A stretch of 36,482 nucleotides of DNA from an uncultured Chroococcidiopsis sp. (GCA_964248365.1 CAXTYC010000033.1:22868-59349), one strand, 5' to 3'. Counted from the first letter of the stretch, positions 20,504-30,632 are shown. Notes: generated by a model from the sequence alone, not told the origin. Numbers and translations: made by a program.

Positions 20504-22954
20504 CTAATCAGATTCGTCCTCATCCTCTAGCATGAGGACATAATCAGTTATTTGTTCAGCGTAATGAAGAACTCTTGGCTTTTCTAGGAAACCTTGATAT
20601 TGCAAGACTCCCTGACGGGATTGATGAGCGATCGCAGCCAACTCTAATAAGTCGTCACCCTCTTGACAATAACCTATCGTAATTTCAACAATAGAAGGAT
20701 GTGACCAAACTTTTTCAGGGTTTTTTATCTTTGAATCTGTATTTAAGCCATTCATTGTTGCAGGCTTATCACCAAGACTAAAAGATACACGGTCATTATC
20801 TGGATTTTTGAATATACCAGTAACAAATCCAGATCTTCTTTCTTCATCTATCCCATAATATTCCGCTGTTTCGTTCCCAGTGCGAATACGAATCACACGC
20901 AATCCTGGCATAGAGTTGAAAACTGGTTTGTCTCGCTCTGCAAATGATAATCCTTGAGATGAAATTTGTGTATCCTGTAACCATGTCCAAACTTGACGAA
21001 TATTCACAGCGTCACAATATAGTATCGTCGGCTTATCCCTCAATTCTTTTTTTGCTAAAATCTGCTCAATCCAATTTCTGATAGCGGCTTTACCTTGAAC
21101 GTCATTTGTAAAATTTCTGCCTTCTTTGTTTATATATGTGGCTGCTTCATCGTAAGGTATCCATGAATCTAACCCAGGATAAATAGCACTAATTTCATCC
21201 GTCAAAGAAGACATTTTGACCATTACAGGAATTAATTGTGTTCTGCGATGAGCGCTAGTTTGAGAAGTACGATTTACCAGATATACTGCTACTTCATTGA
21301 TAGGAGTCTTTTCGTCTACATTGGGAAGTGTTATGTGAGATAGAGCCAGACGCACTCCTAAAAAGCGTAATAAATCTATAAAGCTGCTAATAGCTTTTTG
21401 GTCATAACTTTCTCGCTCAGGTGTAATAAATTGAGTACCAATTCCAATGTCTGCAAAACCTAAACGTATAGCATTTTTAGGATCGCACCAAGGATATTTA
21501 TTATAACATTCTTTTCCATAAAATTCAAACCAAACTCCTACCTTTCCTGGTAATTCAGATTTAACAGGCTGCACAATCTCAGCTATTTGAGCGATTCTGT
21601 TATTAACAACATTTTCTAATTGTGTACGGCGTGGTTTATGTTTAGTAGATAAATTTAGGCGTTCTGCAATAATTCCAGCTTCTTGTATGCGAATATTTAC
21701 CGTTAAATCTTCAGGAAAGGGGTAACTTCCTGCGGCTGCATTTGGCAATCCTAAACAATACTGTATAGCTTTAAGACGTTCCTCTAAATTATAGTCTTTG
21801 ATGTACCAAATCCAAATTGTTAAATCTTCTCCAATAGATGAACGAATGGCTTGACGTAATTGTGCTTGTTTTGTACTTAGTTCTTGATAAAACTGTCGTA
21901 GCCTTTCTTGAAAAGCCTCTTCCGTTTCTTCCAGTTTTGGTTTACACTCATCAAGTTCTTGCTTTTGTTTTTTCTCTAGTTCTTTACGCCGTATTTGATA
22001 ATCTGATTCAGACTCTGTTTTTTTCTTGAGGCATTTTCTCAGTTTTGTTGCTTGCGTCTGTTGAAGCCTTTTTCGTCTGACTTCAAATTGCTTTTCGGTT
22101 TCTGCTTTGTTCTTAACTATAGGCTTGTCAAAACTTTTTGGTCTTTTTAAGTCAAAAAACTGAGACTGCTTGGTTTTATGATAATCCTGACGTTGACAAT
22201 ATAGCGTTTCCAGATATTTCTCAAATACTTTATCAATTTGGGTCATTAGTTGATAAAGATTAGTTGTAGGTAATCCTTTAGCTACTAAATGCTCAGGTTC
22301 CATGCCATCTTTATAAGTAATACCAATATTAGGATTACCTCTTAAGGCTGATGATGGATTAGCTAATATTTGTTGTGGAGTAATTGAAAGAATATTTAAT
22401 TTTTCTAATAATTTAGCTAAGTTTTCATCCCAATCAGCATTACTATTATTTAATATCATTGAGCAAGGAACGAAATATTCAGTTAAGTTACCAGGATTTA
22501 AAGCTGTTCCCCAATTTAAGTTTGCACGTATGTAAGCTGTACTAGCATGATTATTTGATAACTGTGAATCATTAAGACTGAGCCAGCGTTTAATACTTGG
22601 CGCAATATGAATTTGAGGATAAGGTTGACCTGGAACAGTTACAACATTTAATGTTATAACTATTGAATAATAGTAAGTTTGTCCGTCTTCGGTGTAATTT
22701 AACGGCTGCCAAGAAAATAACTCTGCTCCTTTTCCACTTGATGATATAGTTCGATAAAACTGAAGTTTTTGTCCATCTAATTCAAACTTTAACCCTGGTT
22801 TGCTTAATTCTGTTGCTAAAATGTGAGGTAATAAAATAAAATCATTGCCAGATAAATTTGCAGTTCCATTTGGATGAGTAGCAAAATTATTTGTGTAAGA
22901 TATCTGTTTACTCTCCCAAATCAAATTCTCAGGAGATAAGTAACTCATTGCCAA
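20504..22954 (-). CDS. pPIWI-RE protein (MID + RNase H-like PIWI domains), N-terminus probably damaged
   Basis: DPKNAIRLGFA..TQFI (MID), LYCDAVNIRQVWTWLQD, LRVIRIR..ET, HPSIVEI, AHQSR and PRVLHYAEQITDY (RNase H region); adjacent to cognate helicase. Recognised by eye. Confidence 0.85.
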   Translation of the reverse strand: MAMSYLSPENLIWESKQISYTNNFATHPNGTANLSGNDFILLPHILATELSKPGLKFELDGQKLQFYRTISSSGKGAELFSWQPLNYTEDGQTYYYSIVITLNVVTVPGQPYPQIHIAPSIKRWLSLNDSQLSNNHASTAYIRANLNWGTALNPGNLTEYFVPCSMILNNSNADWDENLAKLLEKLNILSITPQQILANPSSALRGNPNIGITYKDGMEPEHLVAKGLPTTNLYQLMTQIDKVFEKYLETLYCQRQDYHKTKQSQFFDLKRPKSFDKPIVKNKAETEKQFEVRRKRLQQTQATKLRKCLKKKTESESDYQIRRKELEKKQKQELDECKPKLEETEEAFQERLRQFYQELSTKQAQLRQAIRSSIGEDLTIWIWYIKDYNLEERLKAIQYCLGLPNAAAGSYPFPEDLTVNIRIQEAGIIAERLNLSTKHKPRRTQLENVVNNRIAQIAEIVQPVKSELPGKVGVWFEFYGKECYNKYPWCDPKNAIRLGFADIGIGTQFITPERESYDQKAISSFIDLLRFLGVRLALSHITLPNVDEKTPINEVAVYLVNRTSQTSAHRRTQLIPVMVKMSSLTDEISAIYPGLDSWIPYDEAATYINKEGRNFTNDVQGKAAIRNWIEQILAKKELRDKPTILYCDAVNIRQVWTWLQDTQISSQGLSFAERDKPVFNSMPGLRVIRIRTGNETAEYYGIDEERRSGFVTGIFKNPDNDRVSFSLGDKPATMNGLNTDSKIKNPEKVWSHPSIVEITIGYCQEGDDLLELAAIAHQSRQGVLQYQGFLEKPRVLHYAEQITDYVLMLEDEDESD

Positions 22955-23071
22955 TTGTCTTTCATCATAACTTATTCCAACTTTTCCTCTCTTACTAGGT
23001 TCATCTGGAAATTCTGTTTCTATCCAATAAACGAATTGTGTGGTAGACCATGTGAGATATTCTATGATTAA

Positions 23072-24447
23072 TTAAAGATTGACTTGGGGTAAACCAGAAA
23101 GTTTTGTAGTTGTAGAAATCGCCAGGTAAAAAGGACGATATAGAGATTGAACAATTAAGCGATCGCTACGAGAAATTTGCAGATCATTTTCAAAATAAGG
23201 ACGAAGTAAATTTACCATCCCGACAAGAATACTACTAGCTGCGGTATCATCTTTTCCATCTTCATTTTTAGCGCTATTTGGTGCAAACTTGGCATCACAC
23301 CAAAACACTTCTGCATCAGCTTCACCACGAATTAAACGACCGATCGCTTGCCAAAGCGAAACAATAATATCCCAATGCACAGCATCCCGATCTTCATCAG
23401 GTAGAGTCCTTAATCTGACTGATAAATGCAACAGATGACACCATTGACTATAAGCAGCATCACGAAAATTCTTCCCTAATTCTTTTAATGTTTCGCCTGT
23501 TGCAGTTTTATAATTATCAATTGCCCAACGATTAATAGCGTGAATTGCATAAGATAGATCGTCAGGAATAGGGTGAGGTAAAACTAGAAAATAAGCTGCC
23601 CCAATAACCGCTATTCCTTGATCATTAACAATATTATGACCTCGCTCTATTGCTTTCAATGGGGCGATTAAAATTACTTCTGGTCTTTTTGCAAAATTTG
23701 GTGATTGTCCCCGCTGCAAAGATTTATAATTCCCGCTATCATTCCAATCATCAGGAATTTCATCATCAGGGGATAGAGGTAATGCTTTATCTCCCGATCC
23801 CAAATTAACTAGACACTGATAAACCCAATCAACTTGTTCATAGCTATTAACCACTAATAGAATTTCTCTCCCATTCAACTGTTCGAGTTTGCGAGTAAAA
23901 TATTTTTCTTTTACTAGTTCGGTAACAATTTGTTCTAAGTTTCTACGCTTGTTATCTCCTGCACCCGATACAGAAATAGGTTTTTGGTACTTAGAGAATG
24001 TTAAAAGCTGTGAGGTTATGACTTTTTCCCGCTCATTTCTTGGTGCAAGCACTCCAGAAACAGGCACATCAACATGATATGCTGGCGATTTTCCTGCCCA
24101 ACTAGTTCCTGACATCATTAATATGTTAGGACTAGCAATATTATCTCCTTTGAATAATTCATCAAAATGCAGTAACAACCAACGCCCAACACCTGTGCAA
24201 CGGAAAAACTGTAAACTTCCTAATGTCTCTTTATACGACTTTTGATATTGAAATGCCAACTGATTCCCCATTGGCATAACAGGAATTATTGATTCAAAGT
24301 CAGATGGTGGAGAATCAAACCACATTGTATCTGATATATTTTCTAATTTTAAAATACCTTGCACCTGTTGCCAATTATTCATCATATAATGGAGCTTGTT
24401 TTGTAGCCTACAGACTAACAAGGCAAATTCAAGTAGAGATATTTCGT
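23072..24447 (-). pseudogene. C-terminal half of the pPIWI-RE-associated (DinG-like SF2) helicase
   Basis: PMGNQLAFQY, GVGRWLL, MMSGTSWA (motif III), LLVVNSYEQ (IV), AIERGHNI (V), WQAIGRLIRG (VI), DAKFAP; no Walker A/B; first ~17 codons of the 24496 ORF come from a repeat. Confidence 0.82.
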
Positions 24448-24455
24448 TCGCGGCT

Positions 24456-24638
24456 AGGCGAAGCCAAGAGCGCGACGGTCTGAACGGTTTACCCAATACC
24501 TAGCAGGATTTATTTTTTTGCGCCAAATTTAAAATCGGTTGGTGGGAGGGATAATTGACCCGTTCGGCAATCGGCGCACGCGCGGAAGCTGAGCTTGTCG
24601 AAGCTTGGTCGAACGCGCTCGCGCTCTTGGCTTCGCCT
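24456..24638. repeat. Perfect 20-bp inverted repeat pair within nested GC-rich dispersed repeats
   Basis: AGGCGAAGCCAAGAGCGCGA (24456-24475) and its reverse complement (24619-24638); CTGAGCTTGTCGAAG element at ~24589-24603. Confidence 0.85.
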
Positions 24639-24863
24639 TCGACGCGCGCTCACCGTTGATTCGGGCTGACCATATTTGTCTACATCCTTTGTAACCCCAC
24701 TCCCAAACTTCGTTCTCTGGCAAAATAGCAAACCCACAGAACGCAACTTAACCAGGTGTAATGTCTATAGCAATGCTATATGCCCCAACATTGCTATAAA
24801 CCAATAGGAAGAGGACAAAACGAATATAAAACGATACATTTAACTATTTGTTATTATGTAGCT

Positions 24864-26207
24864 ATGGCTTTCGATTACGACCTTTTTATAATTGGTGCAG
24901 GCTCAGCAGGGTTAGCAGCCTCCAAACAAGCAGCAAGTTATGGCAAGCGCATTGCAATTGCTGAACAAGAAGCGATCGGTGGTACTTGTATCAATCGCGG
25001 CTGTGTTCCCAAAAAACTCATGGTCTATGCCGCTGATTTTGCCCTCAAAGAGCGATTCGCGTCAGGCTACGGCTGGAATGAGTGCAAAAGGCAGTTGGAT
25101 TGGTCACGTTTGATCGTCGCCGTCCATCAACAAATTGAGAAGCGCCATCAATCTTATCTGCAAGCTTTACACAAAGGTAGTGTTGAACTAATTCAAAGTC
25201 ATGTAACTTTCATCGACCCTCATACAATTGAAATTGATGGGCGTAAAGTTACAGCTGACAAAATTATAATAGCAGTAGGCGGACACCCACTTAAACCCGA
25301 CATTCCAGGTATAGAACACGCCATCACTTCCCGCGAGATGTTTCAACTGCAAAAGCTACCAAAGCGTTTAGCAATTGTTGGTGGTGGCTATATCGGTGTG
25401 GAATTTTCCAGCATGATGAATGCTTTTGGTGTGGAAGTCACCTTGATGGATAGAGATGAATTGATTTTATCTGGATTTGATGATGATATCCGCTCTGGTT
25501 TGCAAAATGGTTTAAGTCAAAGAGGAATAAAGTTTCTGGGTAATACTACGGCTAAAGAAATCAAACAAGTAAATGGGGAATTGCAAATTATATTATCAGG
25601 CGATCGCCCCCAAACACTCACCGCCGACACTATACTAATTGCTACAGGTAGAAGCCCAAATACCAAAAACCTCAATTTAGAAAACGCTCTTGTTGAGGTA
25701 GGCGAAAAAGGTGCAATTACAGTAGATGATTACAACCGCACCACTCAGGAGAATATCTTTGCTATAGGTGATTGTAGCACCAGAATACCATTAACCCCAG
25801 TAGTAAGATCGGAAGGTCGTGCGGTTGCTAATACAATTTTTGGCGACAAACCAGAAAAACTCAACTATGATTATGTCCCCTCTGCCATCTTTGCCCGTCC
25901 AGAAGCAGCCGCAGTTGGGATGAGTGAAGCCAAAGCAAGGGAAAAATTTGGTGAATCTGTGCAATGCTTGCGTACCCGATTTGAACCACTGTTTTACACA
26001 ATGACAGATCGGTCAGAGCAAGCGATGATGAAATTAGTAGTAGATGAAAGCGATCGCGTATTGGGCGCACATATGGTAGGCGAACACGCAGCCGATATTA
26101 TTCAAAGTCTAGCTGTAGCCATTAGAAAAGGTGTTACAAAGCAAGACGTTGAGGCTACAATAGGCATCCACCCAACTACAGGTGAGGAGTTTTTGCTGCT
26201 CGATTGA
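24864..26207 (+). CDS. gor: Glutathione-disulfide reductase paralogue
   Basis: GAGSAG, GGTCINRGCVPKK, GGGYIG, HPTTGEEF; start at ATG 24864 (MAFDYDL). Confidence 0.88.
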   Translation: MAFDYDLFIIGAGSAGLAASKQAASYGKRIAIAEQEAIGGTCINRGCVPKKLMVYAADFALKERFASGYGWNECKRQLDWSRLIVAVHQQIEKRHQSYLQALHKGSVELIQSHVTFIDPHTIEIDGRKVTADKIIIAVGGHPLKPDIPGIEHAITSREMFQLQKLPKRLAIVGGGYIGVEFSSMMNAFGVEVTLMDRDELILSGFDDDIRSGLQNGLSQRGIKFLGNTTAKEIKQVNGELQIILSGDRPQTLTADTILIATGRSPNTKNLNLENALVEVGEKGAITVDDYNRTTQENIFAIGDCSTRIPLTPVVRSEGRAVANTIFGDKPEKLNYDYVPSAIFARPEAAAVGMSEAKAREKFGESVQCLRTRFEPLFYTMTDRSEQAMMKLVVDESDRVLGAHMVGEHAADIIQSLAVAIRKGVTKQDVEATIGIHPTTGEEFLLLD

Positions 26208-26290
26208 GTCAAACGATTTTGGATTACCTCGCCCACAGATGATTTTACCGCAAACTTAGATTAGTAATCACACAAGGAATGTATTAACTT

Positions 26291-27670
26291 ATGACATTTG
26301 ATTACGACTTATTTGTTATTGGTGCTGGATCTGGAGGGCTGGCGGCGAGCAAACGGGCAGCTAGTTATGGGGCGAAGGTGGCGATCGCCGAAGAAAGTCT
26401 CGTCGGCGGTACTTGTGCCATTCGAGGCTGTATACCCAAAAAACTCATGGTCTATGGTTCTCGCTTTCCCGCATTATTTCACGATGCGGCTGGCTATGGC
26501 TGGCACGTCGGCGAAACCCACCTAGACTGGCAACACTTTATAACATCTATTGACAACGAAGTCAAGCGGCTAGCGCAGATGCATACAGGCTTCTTAGCAA
26601 AAGCTGGAGTTGATTTGATTCCCAGCCGCGCCAAATTCGTAGATCCTCACACGATAGAAGTTGATGGGCGTCAAGTCACAGCCGAAAAAATCTTAATTGC
26701 TGTTGGTGGTCGTCCCATTAAGCCAGATTTACCTGGTATGGAATATGCTATCACCTCGAATGAAATGTTTCACTTGTCCGAAAAACCAAAGCACATCGCC
26801 ATTATTGGTGCGGGTTACATTGGCGTGGAATTTGCCAGTATTATGCGCGGTTTGGGCTGTGAAGTGACGCTAATTATTCGCAAAGATCTAATTTTGCGGG
26901 GATTCGATCATGATATCCGCAATGAAATCCAGCAAGGCATGATTCATCATGGCATAAGTATTCTTCCCAATACAATAATTAAACAAGTTGAGCGCGTATC
27001 TGTTGGAGTGAAGTTATCCTTATCAGGCGAACATAATGAGTCAGTGACAGCAGATGTATTCCTAGCTGCAACAGGTCGAGTTCCTTATGTAGACGGATTG
27101 GGTTTAGAAAATACTGGTGTTGAGGTTGTCCCCAGTTCGATGGAAGGACCAGGTTACAGTACTATGAAAGCGATCGCTGTCAATGAATTTAGCCAAACTT
27201 CCCAACCACATATTTTTGCTGTAGGTGATTGCACCGATCGCATTAACTTAACCCCCGTCGCCATTGGTGAAGGTCGCGCCTTTGCTGATACCGAATTTGG
27301 TAACAACCGCCGCATTTTCAATCATGAAAATGTGCCATCGGCTGTATTTTCTAATCCCGAAGCTGCTACAGTCGGGATGACAGAAGCGGATGCTAGGGAA
27401 AAACTCGGTGACGATGGAGTAAAAATATACCGCGCTCGTTTTCGTCCCCTATTTCACAGTTTGACAGGTGCAGCAGAAAAGACACTAACCAAATTGGTAG
27501 TAGATGCAACTACTGACCGTGTACTGGGCGCTCATATAGTGGGGGAATACTCAGCCGAAATTATTCAAGGCGTGGCGATCGCTGTTAATATGGGAGCAAC
27601 TAAAAAAGACTTTGATGCTACAGTGGCAATCCATCCATCAACCGCAGAAGAGTTTGTCACTATGCGTTAA
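26291..27670 (+). CDS. gor: Glutathione-disulfide reductase
   Basis: GAGSGG, GGTCAIRGCIPKK, GAGYIG, HPSTAEEFVTMR. Confidence 0.95.
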   Translation: MTFDYDLFVIGAGSGGLAASKRAASYGAKVAIAEESLVGGTCAIRGCIPKKLMVYGSRFPALFHDAAGYGWHVGETHLDWQHFITSIDNEVKRLAQMHTGFLAKAGVDLIPSRAKFVDPHTIEVDGRQVTAEKILIAVGGRPIKPDLPGMEYAITSNEMFHLSEKPKHIAIIGAGYIGVEFASIMRGLGCEVTLIIRKDLILRGFDHDIRNEIQQGMIHHGISILPNTIIKQVERVSVGVKLSLSGEHNESVTADVFLAATGRVPYVDGLGLENTGVEVVPSSMEGPGYSTMKAIAVNEFSQTSQPHIFAVGDCTDRINLTPVAIGEGRAFADTEFGNNRRIFNHENVPSAVFSNPEAATVGMTEADAREKLGDDGVKIYRARFRPLFHSLTGAAEKTLTKLVVDATTDRVLGAHIVGEYSAEIIQGVAIAVNMGATKKDFDATVAIHPSTAEEFVTMR

Positions 27671-27864
27671 GTAAACGGTTGCGAGAACGCTATTAGCTGA
27701 TAGCTTTGTGAGTATAGGGTGCGTTAAGCTTCGCGCATAGCGCACCAAAAGCCCCGTTTTCGGTGTATTACTGATAACTGTTGAATTGGTAAGTGATAAC
27801 TGATTTTACAAGATAGGGAGTAGGGATTCGGGAGTAGGGATTCGGGATGTACAAATCTAGCGCA

Positions 27865-28110
27865 AAAAATAAAAATCCAGCCCTGTTTTGGAGTTTATCT
27901 GCCTAGAACCAGAGATCTGGATGAGAGGGCTGAATTTTTATTTTCAAGCTAACCTTACCAAAAAAAATGCGCGTTGTGGGTTTAAGGAACACTAAAAAAC
28001 AAACAATACGGTCGAGATTGCTTGCAACCAGACATAATAATTCGATATTTCAATCCCACCCCGAATACGGGTGGGTGAGCTACTCCAAAACGAACTGCTC
28101 TCTACTCCCT
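27865..28110 (-). ncRNA. Candidate structured non-coding RNA (unnamed)
   Basis: TATACT -10-like box at 28121-28116, internal hairpins, 10-nt long-range complementarity, terminal stem followed by U-rich tail; no ORF in the track. Confidence 0.4.
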
Positions 28111-28312
28111 CTTGAAGTATATTTTGAGTAAATTAGGGAGATTAAATTAAAAACCTCCTGGTTTTTACGGATACCTGAGAAAATTCTAATTGTTATAAAT
28201 ATACTTAACCCAAAGCGTTTATTAATCATTGTTTATTGGTCATTGCTAATTGATTTTAGACTAAGGACAACGGGCGAGGGTACGGGCTTTTGCATATCTT
28301 GCCCCTCACTTA

Positions 28313-28347
28313 TATCAGTTATCAGTTATCAGTTATCAGTTATCAGT
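28313..28347. repeat. STRR heptamer tract (TATCAGT)x5
   Basis: Read directly. Confidence 0.92.
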
Positions 28348-28361
28348 TAACGTTTATCTGT

Positions 28362-28478
28362 TATAGCAGTCCTATGTGATTTGCGAAATTTCTAGGCAAG
28401 CCACCCATGCCCACCATTATTAGAAGGAGTGGGCATACCCGCAAACTGGTTCATCTACTGTTCACGAGGATCGCTATA
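28362..28478. mobile_element. MITE-like repeat
   Basis: Imperfect terminal inverted repeats TATAGCAGTCCT / AGGATCGCTATA (10/12) and internal ATGCCCAC...GTGGGCAT hairpin. Confidence 0.5.
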
Positions 28479-28551
28479 GTAAGATATCCATTGTTTATTG
28501 CGAACTTGTTCATTGATAATTGATATAGAAGTTGTTACACATTAAGTAGGG

Positions 28552-29187
28552 TTGCCATATTTTATTTATTTGCATGGATTTGCCTCTAGTCCCCAATCGA
28601 CTAAGGCTGTTTATCTGCGCGATCGCTTTGCCGAACTACAGATTAACCTCAATATCCCCGATCTAAATGGGGGCGATTTTTCCCATCTAACTATCACCAG
28701 AGCGCTAAATCAAGTTGCAGGCGGGTTCCCCCCACAGGGGACGATGGTAACTTTGATCGGCTCCTCTTTAGGTGGACTTATTGCCGCTCAGGTAGCACAA
28801 AAATACACACAAGTCAAGGATTTAATATTGCTTGCCCCTGCTTTTGGGTTTCTCTCCCATTGGTTGCCGCAATTAGGAGCAGAAAAACTAGAGCAATGGC
28901 AAACCCAAAAATATCTGATGGTTTACCATTACGGGGAGATGCGATCGCTACCCTTACACTACGATTTTGTCCCCGATGCTGCGAACTACCAAGAGCAACA
29001 GCTTTCACGCCCCATCCCCACCTTGATCCTACATGGTCGTCATGATGAAGTAATCCCCATCCGCGCCAGCCGCGACTTTGCCCAACGTCCTTGGGTGCAG
29101 CTAATTGAACTCGAAAGTGACCACGCTTTGGGCGATGTTCTGCCGCAAATTTGGGATATAATTCAAGTCTTCTGTCAACTAACTTGA
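28552..29187 (+). CDS. YqiA/YcfP (UPF0227) alpha/beta hydrolase
   Basis: YLHGFASSP, GSSLGG nucleophile elbow, HGRHDEVI, SDHAL. Confidence 0.9.
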   Translation: MPYFIYLHGFASSPQSTKAVYLRDRFAELQINLNIPDLNGGDFSHLTITRALNQVAGGFPPQGTMVTLIGSSLGGLIAAQVAQKYTQVKDLILLAPAFGFLSHWLPQLGAEKLEQWQTQKYLMVYHYGEMRSLPLHYDFVPDAANYQEQQLSRPIPTLILHGRHDEVIPIRASRDFAQRPWVQLIELESDHALGDVLPQIWDIIQVFCQLT

Positions 29188-29370
29188 AAAGACAGGAGAA
29201 GTATGAAGTGTGAAGTGTGAAATTTCAGCCTTTATCCTTCAACCTTTATCCTTTTTGCCTTTATCCTTCAACCTTTATCCTTCATCCTTCAACCTACCCC
29301 AACGCTACCGCAAGCTACATCCTTTTTGCCTTTCCCCAACCTCTAGCCCCTAGCAAAAGCGCCCCTAGCA

Positions 29371-30531
29371 ATGCTCCCATTCATCAGGTCAGATTTAGCT
29401 CAATTTAGTGCCTACACAGCCAATCTCCATAGCAATACTGGTAAGTCAGTCGAGCCATCCATTCATCAGGATCGCTTAGATGCCAATGAAAATCCGTTTG
29501 ATTTACCAGGTGATTTAAAAGCAAAGCTTGCCTGGACTTATCAGCAGATAATTGAGACAAACCGCTATCCCGATGGAGGAAACACTCAATTAAAACAGGC
29601 GATCGCAAGCTACGTCAATGAATCAGCGGATCTTGCTGACGACACCTTTACAATCGCCAATATTTCTGTAGGCAATGGTTCTGATGAACTTATACGTTCG
29701 CTAGTAATAGCAACTTGTCTAGGAGGAGAAGGAACAGTTCTGGTTGCCAATCCTACCTTTAGTATGTACGCAGTTTTAGCTCAAACATTGGGCATCCCCG
29801 TAGTGGATGTGGGACGAAAACCAGAGAATTTTGAAATTGACTTAGAAGCGGCAACTTCAGCCATTGAAAAAACTTTCAATCCTCCCATTCGAGTAGTTTT
29901 TGCCGTTCATCCAAATTCCCCTACTGGCAATGCTTTAACTGCTGCTGAAAGAGCATGGCTTTGTAGTCTACCTGATGATATTTTAGTGGTAGTCGATGAA
30001 GCTTACTTTGAATTTAGTCAGACAACTGTTGTCAGAGAATTATTACAACGACCAAACTGGGTAGTGCTGCGAACATTTTCTAAAGCATTTCGGTTAGCAG
30101 CGCATCGAGTTGGCTATTGCATAGCTCATCCTGATTTAATCGCTGCTCTAGAAAAAATCCGTTTACCCTACAACGTGCCTACCTTTTCCCAAGCAGCAGC
30201 CTTAGTTATCCTACAAAATCGTCAGATGCTGCTAGAAGTAATTCCTCAAATATTGGCTCAACGAGTTAAACTCACCCAAGCATTGACACAACATCCTGCA
30301 TTAAAGGTTTACGACAGCGCTGCTAATTTTATTTTTCTCCAGTTGAAGAATACTGACTTGCAGGCACACGCTAACCAGTCATTAAATCAGCTACATCAGC
30401 AATTACAAGCGGGGGGTACGAGGGTGCGCCTTCTTAGCGATGGATTAAGGATTACTATCGGCAGCCCAGAGGAAAATTCGCGCACACTCAATAGACTACA
30501 AGCAGCTTTGAAAATAGGGGCTAGGGGCTAG
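29371..30531 (+). CDS. hisC: Histidinol-phosphate aminotransferase
   Basis: [48 protein letters not shown]. Confidence 0.93.
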   Translation: MLPFIRSDLAQFSAYTANLHSNTGKSVEPSIHQDRLDANENPFDLPGDLKAKLAWTYQQIIETNRYPDGGNTQLKQAIASYVNESADLADDTFTIANISVGNGSDELIRSLVIATCLGGEGTVLVANPTFSMYAVLAQTLGIPVVDVGRKPENFEIDLEAATSAIEKTFNPPIRVVFAVHPNSPTGNALTAAERAWLCSLPDDILVVVDEAYFEFSQTTVVRELLQRPNWVVLRTFSKAFRLAAHRVGYCIAHPDLIAALEKIRLPYNVPTFSQAAALVILQNRQMLLEVIPQILAQRVKLTQALTQHPALKVYDSAANFIFLQLKNTDLQAHANQSLNQLHQQLQAGGTRVRLLSDGLRITIGSPEENSRTLNRLQAALKIGARG

Positions 30532-30632
30532 CCCAGCGCGTGAGAGCCACGCGATCGCCTCGTGGAGCAAAGGGGAGAAATTACCTTTACCCTTTCCCAA
30601 TTACCAACTACCAATTACCAATTACGAATTAT

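Noticed and set aside
24510..24746. ORFs 24510-24746 and 24529-24723 as intact genes, for example the missing REase
   Set aside because: Largely translated palindromic repeat, too short, and no PD-(D/E)xK-like motif recognised
28085..28115. GAGGGAGTAG at the start of the candidate RNA as a yybP-ykoY riboswitch
   Set aside because: Only the first motif resembles it; the downstream GAGACC/AAGACC element and a downstream gene on that strand are not evident
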